A stretch of DNA of 64,000 nt from Candidatus Cloacimonadota bacterium (GCA_963667255.1 OY762940.1:1344001-1408000); one strand, 5' to 3'; shown: positions 38,452 through 47,530, numbered from the stretch's first letter. The notes: a model not told the origin generated them from the letters alone. Translations and numbers: made by a program.

Positions 38452-39864
38452 TTAAGAATTTAATTTTTCTATCTCTTTCCCAATGGAAAACAACAACTCC
38501 TCACTGAATTTGTTCCCCATCAATTGAACGCTCTGCGAAAAAGGCGAATCAGCACTAACTCTGCCGATAGGAATGCTCAGAGCAGGAATCCCTGCGATAT
38601 TAGCACTGCAAGTGAAAACATCCGTGTTATACATCGCCACGGGGTCTTCACACCTTTCGCCTATTTTGGGAGGCAACGAATTGGCAACCGGAGCAAGCAA
38701 AATGTCACACTCATTAGCGAAAATTTCGGAAAATTCTCGCTCAAAATTGCTCTTCGCCTGCAACGCCTTGCCATAATAAGCATCAAAATAACCAGCCGAC
38801 AACACATAAGTCCCAAGCATTATTCTCCGCTTTACCTCTTGTCCAAAACCCTCGGAACGCGAAGCCTTAATCATCTCCATCACTCCATCATCAACATCGG
38901 CTCTATTGGAATAACGCACGCCGTCAAATCTCGACAAATTGGAAGAAAGCTCCGCAGTCGTCAGCACATAATAGGTAGGGACAGCAAATTTACTGGAAGG
39001 AATGGAAACCGACTTGAACTGAAATCCGACAGACTTCATCTTCTCAATAAAATTCAAAATTCCCTCGGACAAATTTTCATCCAAAACATCAAAATACTCT
39101 TTGGGCAAACCAATCACAATCTCTTTGATATTCTTGTTAGAAACTTCGCTTTTATAAGGCTTGCTCGTCATATCGTTTTTGTCCTGACCCTTGATAATGT
39201 CAAAAATAAGCTGATTCTCCTGAACGGTTTTGCTCAAAACTCCTATCTGGTCTAAGGACGAAGAAAAGGCTGTCAACCCATAGCGAGAGACACTCCCATA
39301 AGTTGGCTTTAATCCGACCAATCCGCAATAACTCGCCGGCAAACGAATGGAGCCTCCGGTCTCACTGCCCAAAGCCACCGGCACCATATCTCCGGCAACA
39401 CTCACAGCCGAACCGCTACTGGAGCCTCCTGCCACATACGAACTGTCCAAAGGATTTTTCGCCACTCCAAAATGAGAGTACTCGCCAGTGGCACCCATAG
39501 CAAACTCATCAAGATTTGTCTTACCCACGATGATGGCATCTTCTTGCTCCAACTTCTCTATCACAGTAGCATCAAAGGGACTTATGTAATCTTGCAAACT
39601 CGCCGAAGCACAAGTCATCTTCTGCCCTGCAATCGCAATATTGTCCTTGACCGCAATCGGCAACCCAGCCAATTTTCCGACTTTTTGCCCTTTGCTAATC
39701 CTATCATCAATGTCTTTTGCTTTAGACAACGCTCGCTCTTGCAAAACGGTGATAAAAGCGTTCAACTCTTCTTTCTCGCTAATTTTGGCAAAAACATTTT
39801 CAACCACGGAAACAGCCGAAGTCTTTCGCTCCAAAATCCCGTCAATTATCTCAAAACTTTTCAA
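38452..39864 (-). CDS. gatA: Asp/Glu-tRNA amidotransferase subunit A
   Basis: AVKDNI, GKTNLDEFAMG, GGSSSGS, SSNLSRFDGVRY and EVKRRIMLGTYVLSAGY. Confidence 0.92.
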   Translation of the reverse strand: MKSFEIIDGILERKTSAVSVVENVFAKISEKEELNAFITVLQERALSKAKDIDDRISKGQKVGKLAGLPIAVKDNIAIAGQKMTCASASLQDYISPFDATVIEKLEQEDAIIVGKTNLDEFAMGATGEYSHFGVAKNPLDSSYVAGGSSSGSAVSVAGDMVPVALGSETGGSIRLPASYCGLVGLKPTYGSVSRYGLTAFSSSLDQIGVLSKTVQENQLIFDIIKGQDKNDMTSKPYKSEVSNKNIKEIVIGLPKEYFDVLDENLSEGILNFIEKMKSVGFQFKSVSIPSSKFAVPTYYVLTTAELSSNLSRFDGVRYSNRADVDDGVMEMIKASRSEGFGQEVKRRIMLGTYVLSAGYFDAYYGKALQAKSNFEREFSEIFANECDILLAPVANSLPPKIGERCEDPVAMYNTDVFTCSANIAGIPALSIPIGRVSADSPFSQSVQLMGNKFSEELLFSIGKEIEKLNS

Positions 39865-39878
39865 AACTCTCTCTCAAT

Positions 39879-41396
39879 CTATGATTTTAATAAACTATTT
39901 CCCGTCATTTCAGCGGGTTTATCAATTCCCATCAACTCCAAAATCGTCGGAGCAATATCTCCCAACTTGCCGTCAGTCAACCTGTCTCTGCCATTACCAG
40001 CCAAGATAATCTTAACCGGAGAAGTGGTATGAGCAGTAAAAACTTCGCCATTTTCGTTCAACATCTTCTCCGCATTACCGTGGTCGGCAGTGATAAGCAC
40101 TTCGTATTCATGGCTCAAAGCCGTAGGAATAATCTTGCTCAAAACATCGTCCACAGTTTCTACAGCCCTTTTTGTCGCCTCGAAGTCGCCCGTATGACCG
40201 ACCATATCACAATTCGCCAGATTGCAAATAACCATCTGATATTTCTCTGCTTGCAACTGCTCAAGCAAAGCATCCGCAACCTCATAAGCACTCATCTCAG
40301 GTTGCAAATCGTAGGAAGCGACCTTGGGAGACGGTATCAAAATTCTGTCCTCGCCAGCAAAAGGCTCTTCCCGTGTTCCATTGAAGAAAAAAGTTACATG
40401 AGCATATTTTTCCGTTTCGGCAATCCTCAACTGCTTTAATCCACAATCCCCCACAACTTCACCCAAAATATTTTTGAGTGCCGGCAAACGAAACGCTACA
40501 CTCAAATAATCTTCCAAATGAACATCGTAAGGCGACATACTTACAAAACACAAATTTTTAAATTCGTTTCGCTCAAAATTGCCAAACTCAGGCAACAAGA
40601 AACTGTAAGAAATCTGTCTTGCTCTATCCGCTCTGAAATTAAAGAAAAACAAGGAATCGTCATCTTTTACCCCAGGCGTGTTGTCAATGACACAAGGCTT
40701 TATAAACTCGTCAGTTACCTTGTCAGCGTAGCTACTCTCCACAGCATCAACAGGATTGTCAAAATACTTGCCTTGCCTATTCACAAAGCAGTTATAAGCC
40801 TTTTCCACTCTGTCCCAACGATTGTCTCTATCCATCGCCCAATAACGCCCACACACACTGGCAACTTGACACAAATCTTTGGTTTCATCCAAAAACTCTT
40901 GCACAAAACCTTTCCCAGAATTGGGCAAAGTATCCCTACCGTCAGTAATCAAATGGTAAAAAATCTTGTCGGAAGACAAACCGCGAGAGTTCGCCAATTT
41001 CAGAAAAGCAAGCAAATGTTTGGGATTAGAATGCACCTTGCCATCGGACAACAAACCCATTATGTGAAGATTGCTACCGCTTTTTAGACAATTGTCAATC
41101 GCCTTGTTCAGAGCCTCATTCTTGTCAAATTCACCCGTGGCAATTGCTTTATCTATCAGAGTATTCAGCTGGTAAACGATGCGACCTGCACCAATATTCA
41201 GATGACCAACTTCGGAATTTCCCATAGTGCCATCTTCCAGACCGACAGCCAAACCAGAAGGCAAAAGAAACGAGCTACCATACTTAGATTCAAGGGCATC
41301 CAAAAATGGAGTTTTCGCATCAGCAACAGCGTTTCCAACCCTATTTGTTGAGTATCCCCATCCATCTAAAATCATCAATAAAACTTTCTTTTTCAT
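39879..41396 (-). CDS. gpmI: 2,3-BPG-independent phosphoglycerate mutase
   Basis: ILDGWG, MGNSEVGH, AETEKYAHVT, DMVGHTG and ADHGNAE. Start reassigned to MKKKVLL at 41396. Confidence 0.95.
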   Translation of the reverse strand: MKKKVLLMILDGWGYSTNRVGNAVADAKTPFLDALESKYGSSFLLPSGLAVGLEDGTMGNSEVGHLNIGAGRIVYQLNTLIDKAIATGEFDKNEALNKAIDNCLKSGSNLHIMGLLSDGKVHSNPKHLLAFLKLANSRGLSSDKIFYHLITDGRDTLPNSGKGFVQEFLDETKDLCQVASVCGRYWAMDRDNRWDRVEKAYNCFVNRQGKYFDNPVDAVESSYADKVTDEFIKPCVIDNTPGVKDDDSLFFFNFRADRARQISYSFLLPEFGNFERNEFKNLCFVSMSPYDVHLEDYLSVAFRLPALKNILGEVVGDCGLKQLRIAETEKYAHVTFFFNGTREEPFAGEDRILIPSPKVASYDLQPEMSAYEVADALLEQLQAEKYQMVICNLANCDMVGHTGDFEATKRAVETVDDVLSKIIPTALSHEYEVLITADHGNAEKMLNENGEVFTAHTTSPVKIILAGNGRDRLTDGKLGDIAPTILELMGIDKPAEMTGNSLLKS

Positions 41397-41699
41397 AAAG
41401 CATCTCACTTGAAAAAATTTGACATCAAGATTTAGTAAAGCAAGGTTTTGTCCAACTTTTTTGCCAAAAACTTGAATAAGAGAAATAAAATCATAGATGG
41501 TTTTCATATGGCGAAGTTTAAAACAAATATTTCAAATAATTTTCAAGGTCAGACTTTTATTTCTGAAACATATGTCAAAGGCTATAAACACAAAATACAA
41601 AAACAAACCAATTGGTAGGCTTTGTGTAATTTATAATTGGAAATGAATAATTATTGTCATCTGCCCGCCAAGCCACTGATAACTTACCAATATTTCAAT

Positions 41700-41725
41700 A
41701 AAAAAGCCTCCAAAATTGGAGGCTT
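41700..41725 (-). terminator. Intrinsic terminator closing the lipoprotein operon
   Basis: AAGCCTCCAA/TTGGAGGCTT stem with a T6 tract on the minus strand. Confidence 0.85.
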
Positions 41726-41776
41726 AATTTCTTCTTTAGTAATTTTTTTATTTTCTTCTCCTCAATTCCATAGAAT

Positions 41777-42229
41777 CTATTGCTTCGTATAAACATATGC
41801 ACCTGTCCAGCTGGAAGAACTCGCTGAAAGATACAATTTTGAATTCTCAACCTTATAATAACAAAAATATGCAGAAGAGCCACTTGATGGAGTTCCAGCA
41901 ACACCATTAGTATATTTTGTTCTAGTATAAGTATAAGATCCTTGCCCAATTTTCGGACTGGAACTTGTGTTGACAGTATATGTTCCAGTTTGAGTTTCTA
42001 AAGTATAATTATTATCATCTGTAATAGATGTTTTGAGAGAATTTGTAAAAGACATATTGCTATTGTAAGTTACTTTTTCATACTCACTACTTGATGAGCG
42101 AACCCAAGTCCCAACTAACTCATTTGTAGAGCTACTGGTGCTACTATCGTCATCATCGTTCTCAAAAATATTACATCCACAGATACCCAACACCATCATC
42201 AACATTCCTAAAATTATTACTTTCTTCAT
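41777..42229 (-). CDS. Small lipoprotein (lipocalin-like, LVGTW motif)
   Basis: Signal peptide II MKKVIILGMLMMVLGICGC, then an acidic/Ser linker and ELVGTW. Confidence 0.7.
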   Translation of the reverse strand: MKKVIILGMLMMVLGICGCNIFENDDDDSSTSSSTNELVGTWVRSSSSEYEKVTYNSNMSFTNSLKTSITDDNNYTLETQTGTYTVNTSSSPKIGQGSYTYTRTKYTNGVAGTPSSGSSAYFCYYKVENSKLYLSASSSSWTGAYVYTKQ

Positions 42230-42308
42230 TTTTTTCTCCTTTTATTTTAAAAATTTTATTCTTTACTTAGTGCTAAAAGAACATCTCAAAATTTTTCACA
42301 ACTATATG

Positions 42309-44957
42309 CTACTTCTCCATAACTATACGGAAACCGTCGTAGTAGAGGCGGTAACTCGGATTGGTACCGCGACGGTCGACAACACGGCAATAGGGGTCGT
42401 TGACGAGCCAAAAGCCACCACGACACACGCGATACGAGCCTCTGCTTGCTCCCGTAGGGTCGCTTACTGCGGCACTGCTATAAGCTCCATACAAATCAGA
42501 GCACCATTCCCCAACATTACCACTCATATCATATATCCCCAATTCATTAGCTTTTTTTGTCCCCACCTCGTGCGTTTTGCCACCTGCATTATCCTCATAC
42601 CAAGCTATTTCACCTATACTATTGCTCCCAGAGTAAGTATAGCCTTTGCTTTTATTGCCTCCTCTGGCAACAAACTCCCACTCAGCTTCTGTAGGTAGTC
42701 TGTATTTATCTGTGCCTTCCTTTTGGTTGAGTTTGGTGATAAACTCTTGAATATCGTTCCAAGAAACTTGTTCCACAGGTAAATTATCGCCTTTCCAATT
42801 AGAAGGATTAGAACCCATCACTGCTACCCATTGCTTTTGGGTTACTTCATATTTGCCTATGTAATAATCTTTAGTAAGTGTCACTTGATGAACTGGTTTT
42901 TCGTCGCTATCCCCTGAGGTAGATCCCATCATAAAAGTGCCTGCTTCTACCAAAACAAATTCCATACCGATGGAGTTGACCATTTTAGTGCTAAAATTCC
43001 TCACAGAACTTTCAGTGATTTTACTATCTTTTTTGCCAATCACTTTCCAATAATATGTAGTTCCATAATTCAAACTGCTTAAAATGTAATTGTTAGCAGT
43101 AATGTTTGTAGCAATTTTGCTATAACTACCAAGAGAAGTTCCCAAATAGACCTCATAATATTCTGCATTGCCTGTCCAAGATAAATTAATACTCAAATCT
43201 TGATTGGTAGCACCATTGGTTGGTGAAGTTAGATTAACATCAATTTCTTCAGTTTTTGTAGTAAAACTTCTTATCTCGCTTTCTCCGCTTTTACCATCTT
43301 TTTTGCCAATCACTTTCCAATAATAAGTAGTTCCATAATTCAAACCTGTTTTAGTATAACTGTTTCCTGAAAGTCCACTAGCTATTCTGCTAAGGCTTGA
43401 CGAAGTTGTTCCCATATAAACATCATAAGTAGAGGCTGTGCCAGTCCATGTTAGAGTAACATTAGTGGATTGATTGGTAGCAGCATTGGCTGGAGAGGAA
43501 GCAAATACAGAAACACCATCTTTTGCACAAGCAAGTCTAAATCCTACACCATTTTCACTCTCTAAAGATGAAGAACCATAACGAAAATCAAAGCGACAAC
43601 TAACACTAGAATTAACAAAACAACCCCCTCTACGGACTCGAGTTGTTCCGCTATTTGGACCAGTTGGGTCTATTTGACTACCGCTGCTATAGCTATTATA
43701 CCAATCTGAACACAGTTCCCAAACATTACCACTCATATCATAAATTCCCAGTTCATTGGCATTTTTTTGTCCTACCTTATTTGTTGAACTTGTATTTTCT
43801 TTATACCAAGCAACATTTCCAATAGTGTTACTGCCTGAATAAGTATATCCTTTACTATTATTTCCACCTCGGAAAGCAAATTCCCATTCTGCTTCAGTAG
43901 GTAATTTATATTTGTTAGTTCCAAATAAAACATTTAAAAAATCAGCATAAGCTTTTGCTCCATACCAAGTAATTTCAACAGCAGGATATTTTTCCTTATA
44001 GTTTTTTACATATAAATAACCATTTGAAAGCCCTATTTGACATCCACCATCATTTAAATCTAATAATTCATTACCATTATAACTGACAGATGACGAGCTA
44101 AAACTTAACCCACTAATATTATTTCTAGCCCAATTATATACTTTCACAACCTCCTCATTAGTTACTTCATATTTTCCTATATAAAAATCATTACTAATAG
44201 TTACTGTGTGAATAGGAGAAGAATAATAAGAACTAATTGAGGAGCCCATCTGAAAAGATCCAGCTTTCACCAGAACTAAATTTAAATCAATATTTATTGA
44301 ATTCCCCTCTTTTTTCGTGGTAAAACTCCAAATATCACTTGTTTTATTTTCATCCCCTTTGGCTACGACTTTCCAATAGTAAGTTGTAAGATAGTTTAAA
44401 TTACTTTTTGTGTAACTATTACTGGTAATATTACTAGATATTCTACTCAAACTTGAGGAACTTGTCCCAAAATAAACATCATATTTTTCGGCATTCCCCG
44501 TCCAAGTTAATGTTATGCTTGTTGTTTGGTTGGTTGCCCCATTAGTGGGAGAAGATAAATTTACACTTGTCTCATTGTTCTCAGTAGTAAAATTTCTAAT
44601 AGAACTCTCGTTACTCTCACTTCCTTTTTTCCCCACCACTTTCCAATAATATTTAGTTTTATAGTCCAAATTGTATTTTGTATAACTCGTATTGGACAAA
44701 TTACTAGCTATTTTGCTGAGATTATACGAGCTATTCCCCAAATACAAATCATAAGTAGTAGCTGTTCCAGTCCATTGAAAAGTCACATTTATAGGTTGAT
44801 TAGTTGCTCCTGAAATAGGAGAGTTTAAATAAATTGCTATATTTTCATTTGTTTGCTCTTCATTGTGATCGTCATCATCACTACCGAAAATATCCTTACA
44901 CCCCAAGAATGCAAAAAGTAGTGTAGTAATTATACATAAACCAAGTATTTTTTTCAC
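42309..44957 (-). CDS. Lipoprotein with (FN3-like)2-FGE-sulfatase-(FN3-like)2-FGE-sulfatase architecture; candidate DGR target
   Basis: Lipobox FAFLGC; four SPxxGATNQ...YYWKV repeats; two copies of FQMG/FMMG...IGKYEVT...LPTEAEWEF...GIYDMSGNV...RGG...GFR. Confidence 0.85.
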   Translation of the reverse strand: MKKILGLCIITTLLFAFLGCKDIFGSDDDDHNEEQTNENIAIYLNSPISGATNQPINVTFQWTGTATTYDLYLGNSSYNLSKIASNLSNTSYTKYNLDYKTKYYWKVVGKKGSESNESSIRNFTTENNETSVNLSSPTNGATNQTTSITLTWTGNAEKYDVYFGTSSSSLSRISSNITSNSYTKSNLNYLTTYYWKVVAKGDENKTSDIWSFTTKKEGNSINIDLNLVLVKAGSFQMGSSISSYYSSPIHTVTISNDFYIGKYEVTNEEVVKVYNWARNNISGLSFSSSSVSYNGNELLDLNDGGCQIGLSNGYLYVKNYKEKYPAVEITWYGAKAYADFLNVLFGTNKYKLPTEAEWEFAFRGGNNSKGYTYSGSNTIGNVAWYKENTSSTNKVGQKNANELGIYDMSGNVWELCSDWYNSYSSGSQIDPTGPNSGTTRVRRGGCFVNSSVSCRFDFRYGSSSLESENGVGFRLACAKDGVSVFASSPANAATNQSTNVTLTWTGTASTYDVYMGTTSSSLSRIASGLSGNSYTKTGLNYGTTYYWKVIGKKDGKSGESEIRSFTTKTEEIDVNLTSPTNGATNQDLSINLSWTGNAEYYEVYLGTSLGSYSKIATNITANNYILSSLNYGTTYYWKVIGKKDSKITESSVRNFSTKMVNSIGMEFVLVEAGTFMMGSTSGDSDEKPVHQVTLTKDYYIGKYEVTQKQWVAVMGSNPSNWKGDNLPVEQVSWNDIQEFITKLNQKEGTDKYRLPTEAEWEFVARGGNKSKGYTYSGSNSIGEIAWYEDNAGGKTHEVGTKKANELGIYDMSGNVGEWCSDLYGAYSSAAVSDPTGASRGSYRVCRGGFWLVNDPYCRVVDRRGTNPSYRLYYDGFRIVMEK
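42327..42440 (-). other. Candidate DGR variable region (VR)
   Basis: About 57% GC in an approximately 30% GC gene; 33 of 36 codons end in C/T and none ends in A, at the C-terminal RGGxW...GFR segment of a CLec/FGE fold. Confidence 0.65.
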
Positions 44958-46711
44958 CTTCCCTCCTCTTTTGAATTAATTTGTTTTTTGTCTTTGCAGT
45001 CTATTGTATTAGCCTCAATGATGCTACTACTGGATACTTGAGTAGGTATAGAGGTAGAATAAGAATTTATGCCACTAATCACTCCCGTAGTTCCATCAAT
45101 AGAAAATACATGCCAATAGTATTTACTGGAAGCAGTTCCTGAAGGAGCAGTAAAGGTTTTTAGCAAGGCATTATCTCCATACACTTTTACACAAGCACCA
45201 GAATATGGCAAGGAACTACTGCCAGCGTAGTGATGAACAGAAAAATAATATTTACCTTCAACCATTTTGTAAATAGTTATAGTCTCTGGACCGTAGGAAG
45301 AAATATCATCAACATCCAAACTATTATAAGGGACTGTAGAACTATTACTACTCGAATATTTACTACGATAGTAAGTATGATAAATAGTTCCATTAATTCT
45401 TGGTGTCCAAAGATGAGCATCCAAATCACTTGGATTTTGACCCCAAGATAAAACAATCCTAATTTCCTTTAAACTACTAGTTGTACCACCAACAGAAGAA
45501 AATTCAATATTATAGACAGAAAGAGAATTATTCTTTACTTTTTTTAACACTTTCACATAATAATATCCTGGCGTAGAACCAGAATTAAAAGTGATTTTCT
45601 CACTATCCGAACTAGTCGAATTAGATCTTTGTAACAGCATTCCAGATGGAGAATACAATTCTAAGTCTAAATCTCCATTACTATTTTTAAAATCAATTTT
45701 TACAGATATTTCATTATTGGCATTGGCATAAGTTTTAAAATAATCAACATCATCATCAAAAATAATAAGTGAATTTTCTTTGTTTCTCGATAATTCTGTA
45801 GCTTTTCCCATTGAATTATTAGGTTCATATGGATCACATGCTGACGAAGGAACAACTTTAAAAATGGTTAGAGCTCTTTTTATGCGAGTATTAGCTTCTT
45901 TCACATAAAAATAGCCATCCAAATCTATATTACTCAAATTCTCTTTTTCTATTATTTTTGAAATCAAATTATTAATATATTCTTCGCTTACCATTGTTCC
46001 AATACCAATAATAGCACTTGATACTGACGGAGTAAGAGTGGCAACACTTATTGCAATACTTGTTCCAGATACTAAATTGGCTAATTTAAGTTTAACAAGC
46101 TCAGTAAATTCAGCCAAATTAAGCCTATACCAAGTATAACTTTCTGATACATTAGCTTCATTTCCCATCTCCAACTTTGCCATTTTATACTGATTAAAGG
46201 CAATATCTATTTGTGACTTAGCTATCATAACAACACTAAAAAGAGCAATTGTTGTTCCTAATATGAAAATCTCTCGGGGAGCATTAATAGAACTTGCATT
46301 TATGTTTCTATTCCCCAAAATGGAAGAATTAGCCTCAACAACTGGATCCCCCATATAAATATAAGGTGCATAAGTATCTGTTTCATCATATACCATAATC
46401 ATAGTTCTTCCATTTTTTGCGACTGCAGAAACCTCAATATTTTGCAGTTTTTCGCCAGATGCATTAGTAACCGTTACCTTTACTGGCTTACTTAATTCTG
46501 AAGAAGTAAATTGATAACTTCCCAACTCATCTGTTTTACCTTGAAAAGATTGTACTCCTTCTTGAGTAAAAGTCCCAGATGTTCCACTACTTCCGCCAGT
46601 TCCATCAGTACCACTTCCTGCATCATTCCCTACAGGACTAACACTCTTCTCACCACAAGCCATAAGCAATACCACTAAAATTAACAAAACTAAATTCAAA
46701 CCCTTTTTCAT
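44954..46711 (-). CDS. Lipoprotein with a PPC-like domain and a C-terminal YfaP/DUF2135-like domain
   Basis: Lipobox LLMAC; DPYEPNNS...DVDYF...DLDLELY (PPC-like); IVLSWGQNPSDLDAHL...LDVDDISSYGPETITI. The ATG at 46711 has an AGGAG RBS. Confidence 0.7.
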   Translation of the reverse strand: MKKGLNLVLLILVVLLMACGEKSVSPVGNDAGSGTDGTGGSSGTSGTFTQEGVQSFQGKTDELGSYQFTSSELSKPVKVTVTNASGEKLQNIEVSAVAKNGRTMIMVYDETDTYAPYIYMGDPVVEANSSILGNRNINASSINAPREIFILGTTIALFSVVMIAKSQIDIAFNQYKMAKLEMGNEANVSESYTWYRLNLAEFTELVKLKLANLVSGTSIAISVATLTPSVSSAIIGIGTMVSEEYINNLISKIIEKENLSNIDLDGYFYVKEANTRIKRALTIFKVVPSSACDPYEPNNSMGKATELSRNKENSLIIFDDDVDYFKTYANANNEISVKIDFKNSNGDLDLELYSPSGMLLQRSNSTSSDSEKITFNSGSTPGYYYVKVLKKVKNNSLSVYNIEFSSVGGTTSSLKEIRIVLSWGQNPSDLDAHLWTPRINGTIYHTYYRSKYSSSNSSTVPYNSLDVDDISSYGPETITIYKMVEGKYYFSVHHYAGSSSLPYSGACVKVYGDNALLKTFTAPSGTASSKYYWHVFSIDGTTGVISGINSYSTSIPTQVSSSSIIEANTIDCKDKKQINSKEEGR

Positions 46712-46735
46712 TCTTTTATCTCCTATTTTAAACAC

Positions 46736-46773
46736 AAAAAAAGAGACAGCTCGGTAAAACCGAACTATCTCTT
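46736..46773 (-). terminator. Leader (attenuator-type) intrinsic terminator just upstream of the lipoprotein operon
   Basis: Minus strand AAGAGATAGTTCGGT-TTT-ACCGAGCTGTCTCTT-TTTTT: a 15-bp stem with 2 G-U pairs and a U7 tract, ending 24 nt before the ATG. Confidence 0.8.
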
Positions 46774-46798
46774 AAACTATATAAATTTAGTTGACCTG

Positions 46799-46909
46799 CT
46801 AAGCCACCAGTCCCTTGACTGACCAACTGACCAACTGACCAACTGACCAACTGACCAACTGACCAACTGACCAACTGACCAACTGACCAACTGATTTTTT
46901 TATTTTCAT
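46799..46909 (-). CDS. Putative leader peptide spanning the 8-bp repeat (36 aa)
   Basis: MKIKKS(VGQLVSWS)3VKGLVA*. No SD is visible, so translation is unproven. Confidence 0.35.
   Translation of the reverse strand: MKIKKSVGQLVSWSVGQLVSWSVGQLVSWSVKGLVA
46819..46894. repeat. Perfect tandem repeat (CTGACCAA)9.5
   Basis: Nine perfect 8-bp units plus CTGA, read directly from the sequence. Confidence 0.97.
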
Positions 46910-47340
46910 AACGACAGGAGTTAAAAATTTTTTAAATATGTCAACCCAGAATTGCGAAAAATTTACAATGTTGTATCAACACTGTGTTTGGGCTTCCTGC
47001 TACTCTCTCCTCATCCTCATGCCCGTTGTCTATCAAGCACAACGCCTATCTAATTGCTTTACCACTCTTGTGCTTGGGAAATGGGGATTTATTCTTGTTT
47101 TCGTTCTTACCTGTCCTTTTTTTGCCGTAATCTGACCACATAAATTAAGTCTCAAATGATTAGCCGTATTTATGTGTTCAGATGCTATCGTTATGCCAAA
47201 AGATAGACCTACCTCACCAAGCAACTGCTTGACTCCTCTGCAAAAAAACAATCTCGCTATTTGATTAACTACTGCTCATTTATTTATTTATTGTATGCAT
47301 TGGGATAAAGCGTGGCGGTATCTTCTTGCTCCTGCTCTCC

Positions 47341-47447
47341 CTCATCCTCACACAAGTGGGGATCCATTCTTCCTTATCTTCTCAAAAGAAGCAGGTGCTG
47401 ATGTCCCAACCAGTCTCACCGTAGATTCCCGCGTTCGCGAGAATGAG
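47341..47447. repeat. Inverted pair of REP-like 25-bp palindromes
   Basis: CTCATCCTCACACAAGTGGGGATCC (47341-47365) and the reverse complement of 47423-47447, CTCATTCTCGCGAACGCGGGAATCT. Confidence 0.55.
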
Positions 47448-47450
47448 AGG

Positions 47451-47530
47451 GCGGTGATGTGGAAATGAGTGCGGTGGTGCGAGAACAAGAGTGGTGATGC
47501 GAGAATGTAGGTGGTGATGCGGAATAAGGA
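47451..47530. repeat. Degenerate 20-bp tandem repeat x4
   Basis: GYGGTGRTGY-GRRA... units begin at 47451, 47471, 47491 and 47511. Confidence 0.6.

Noticed and set aside
41397..41507. N-terminal extensions in the ORF track (gpmI here; also the Mo subunit at 16344-16406)
   Set aside because: Downstream ATGs match the family N-termini and overlap patterns better.
46736..46818. Known riboswitch (c-di-GMP, ZTP etc.) in the lipoprotein leader
   Set aside because: No recognisable aptamer consensus. An Rfam scan would be needed to exclude one.
46819..46894. CRISPR array interpretation of the repeat
   Set aside because: The units are contiguous 8-mers with no spacers, and there are no cas genes.
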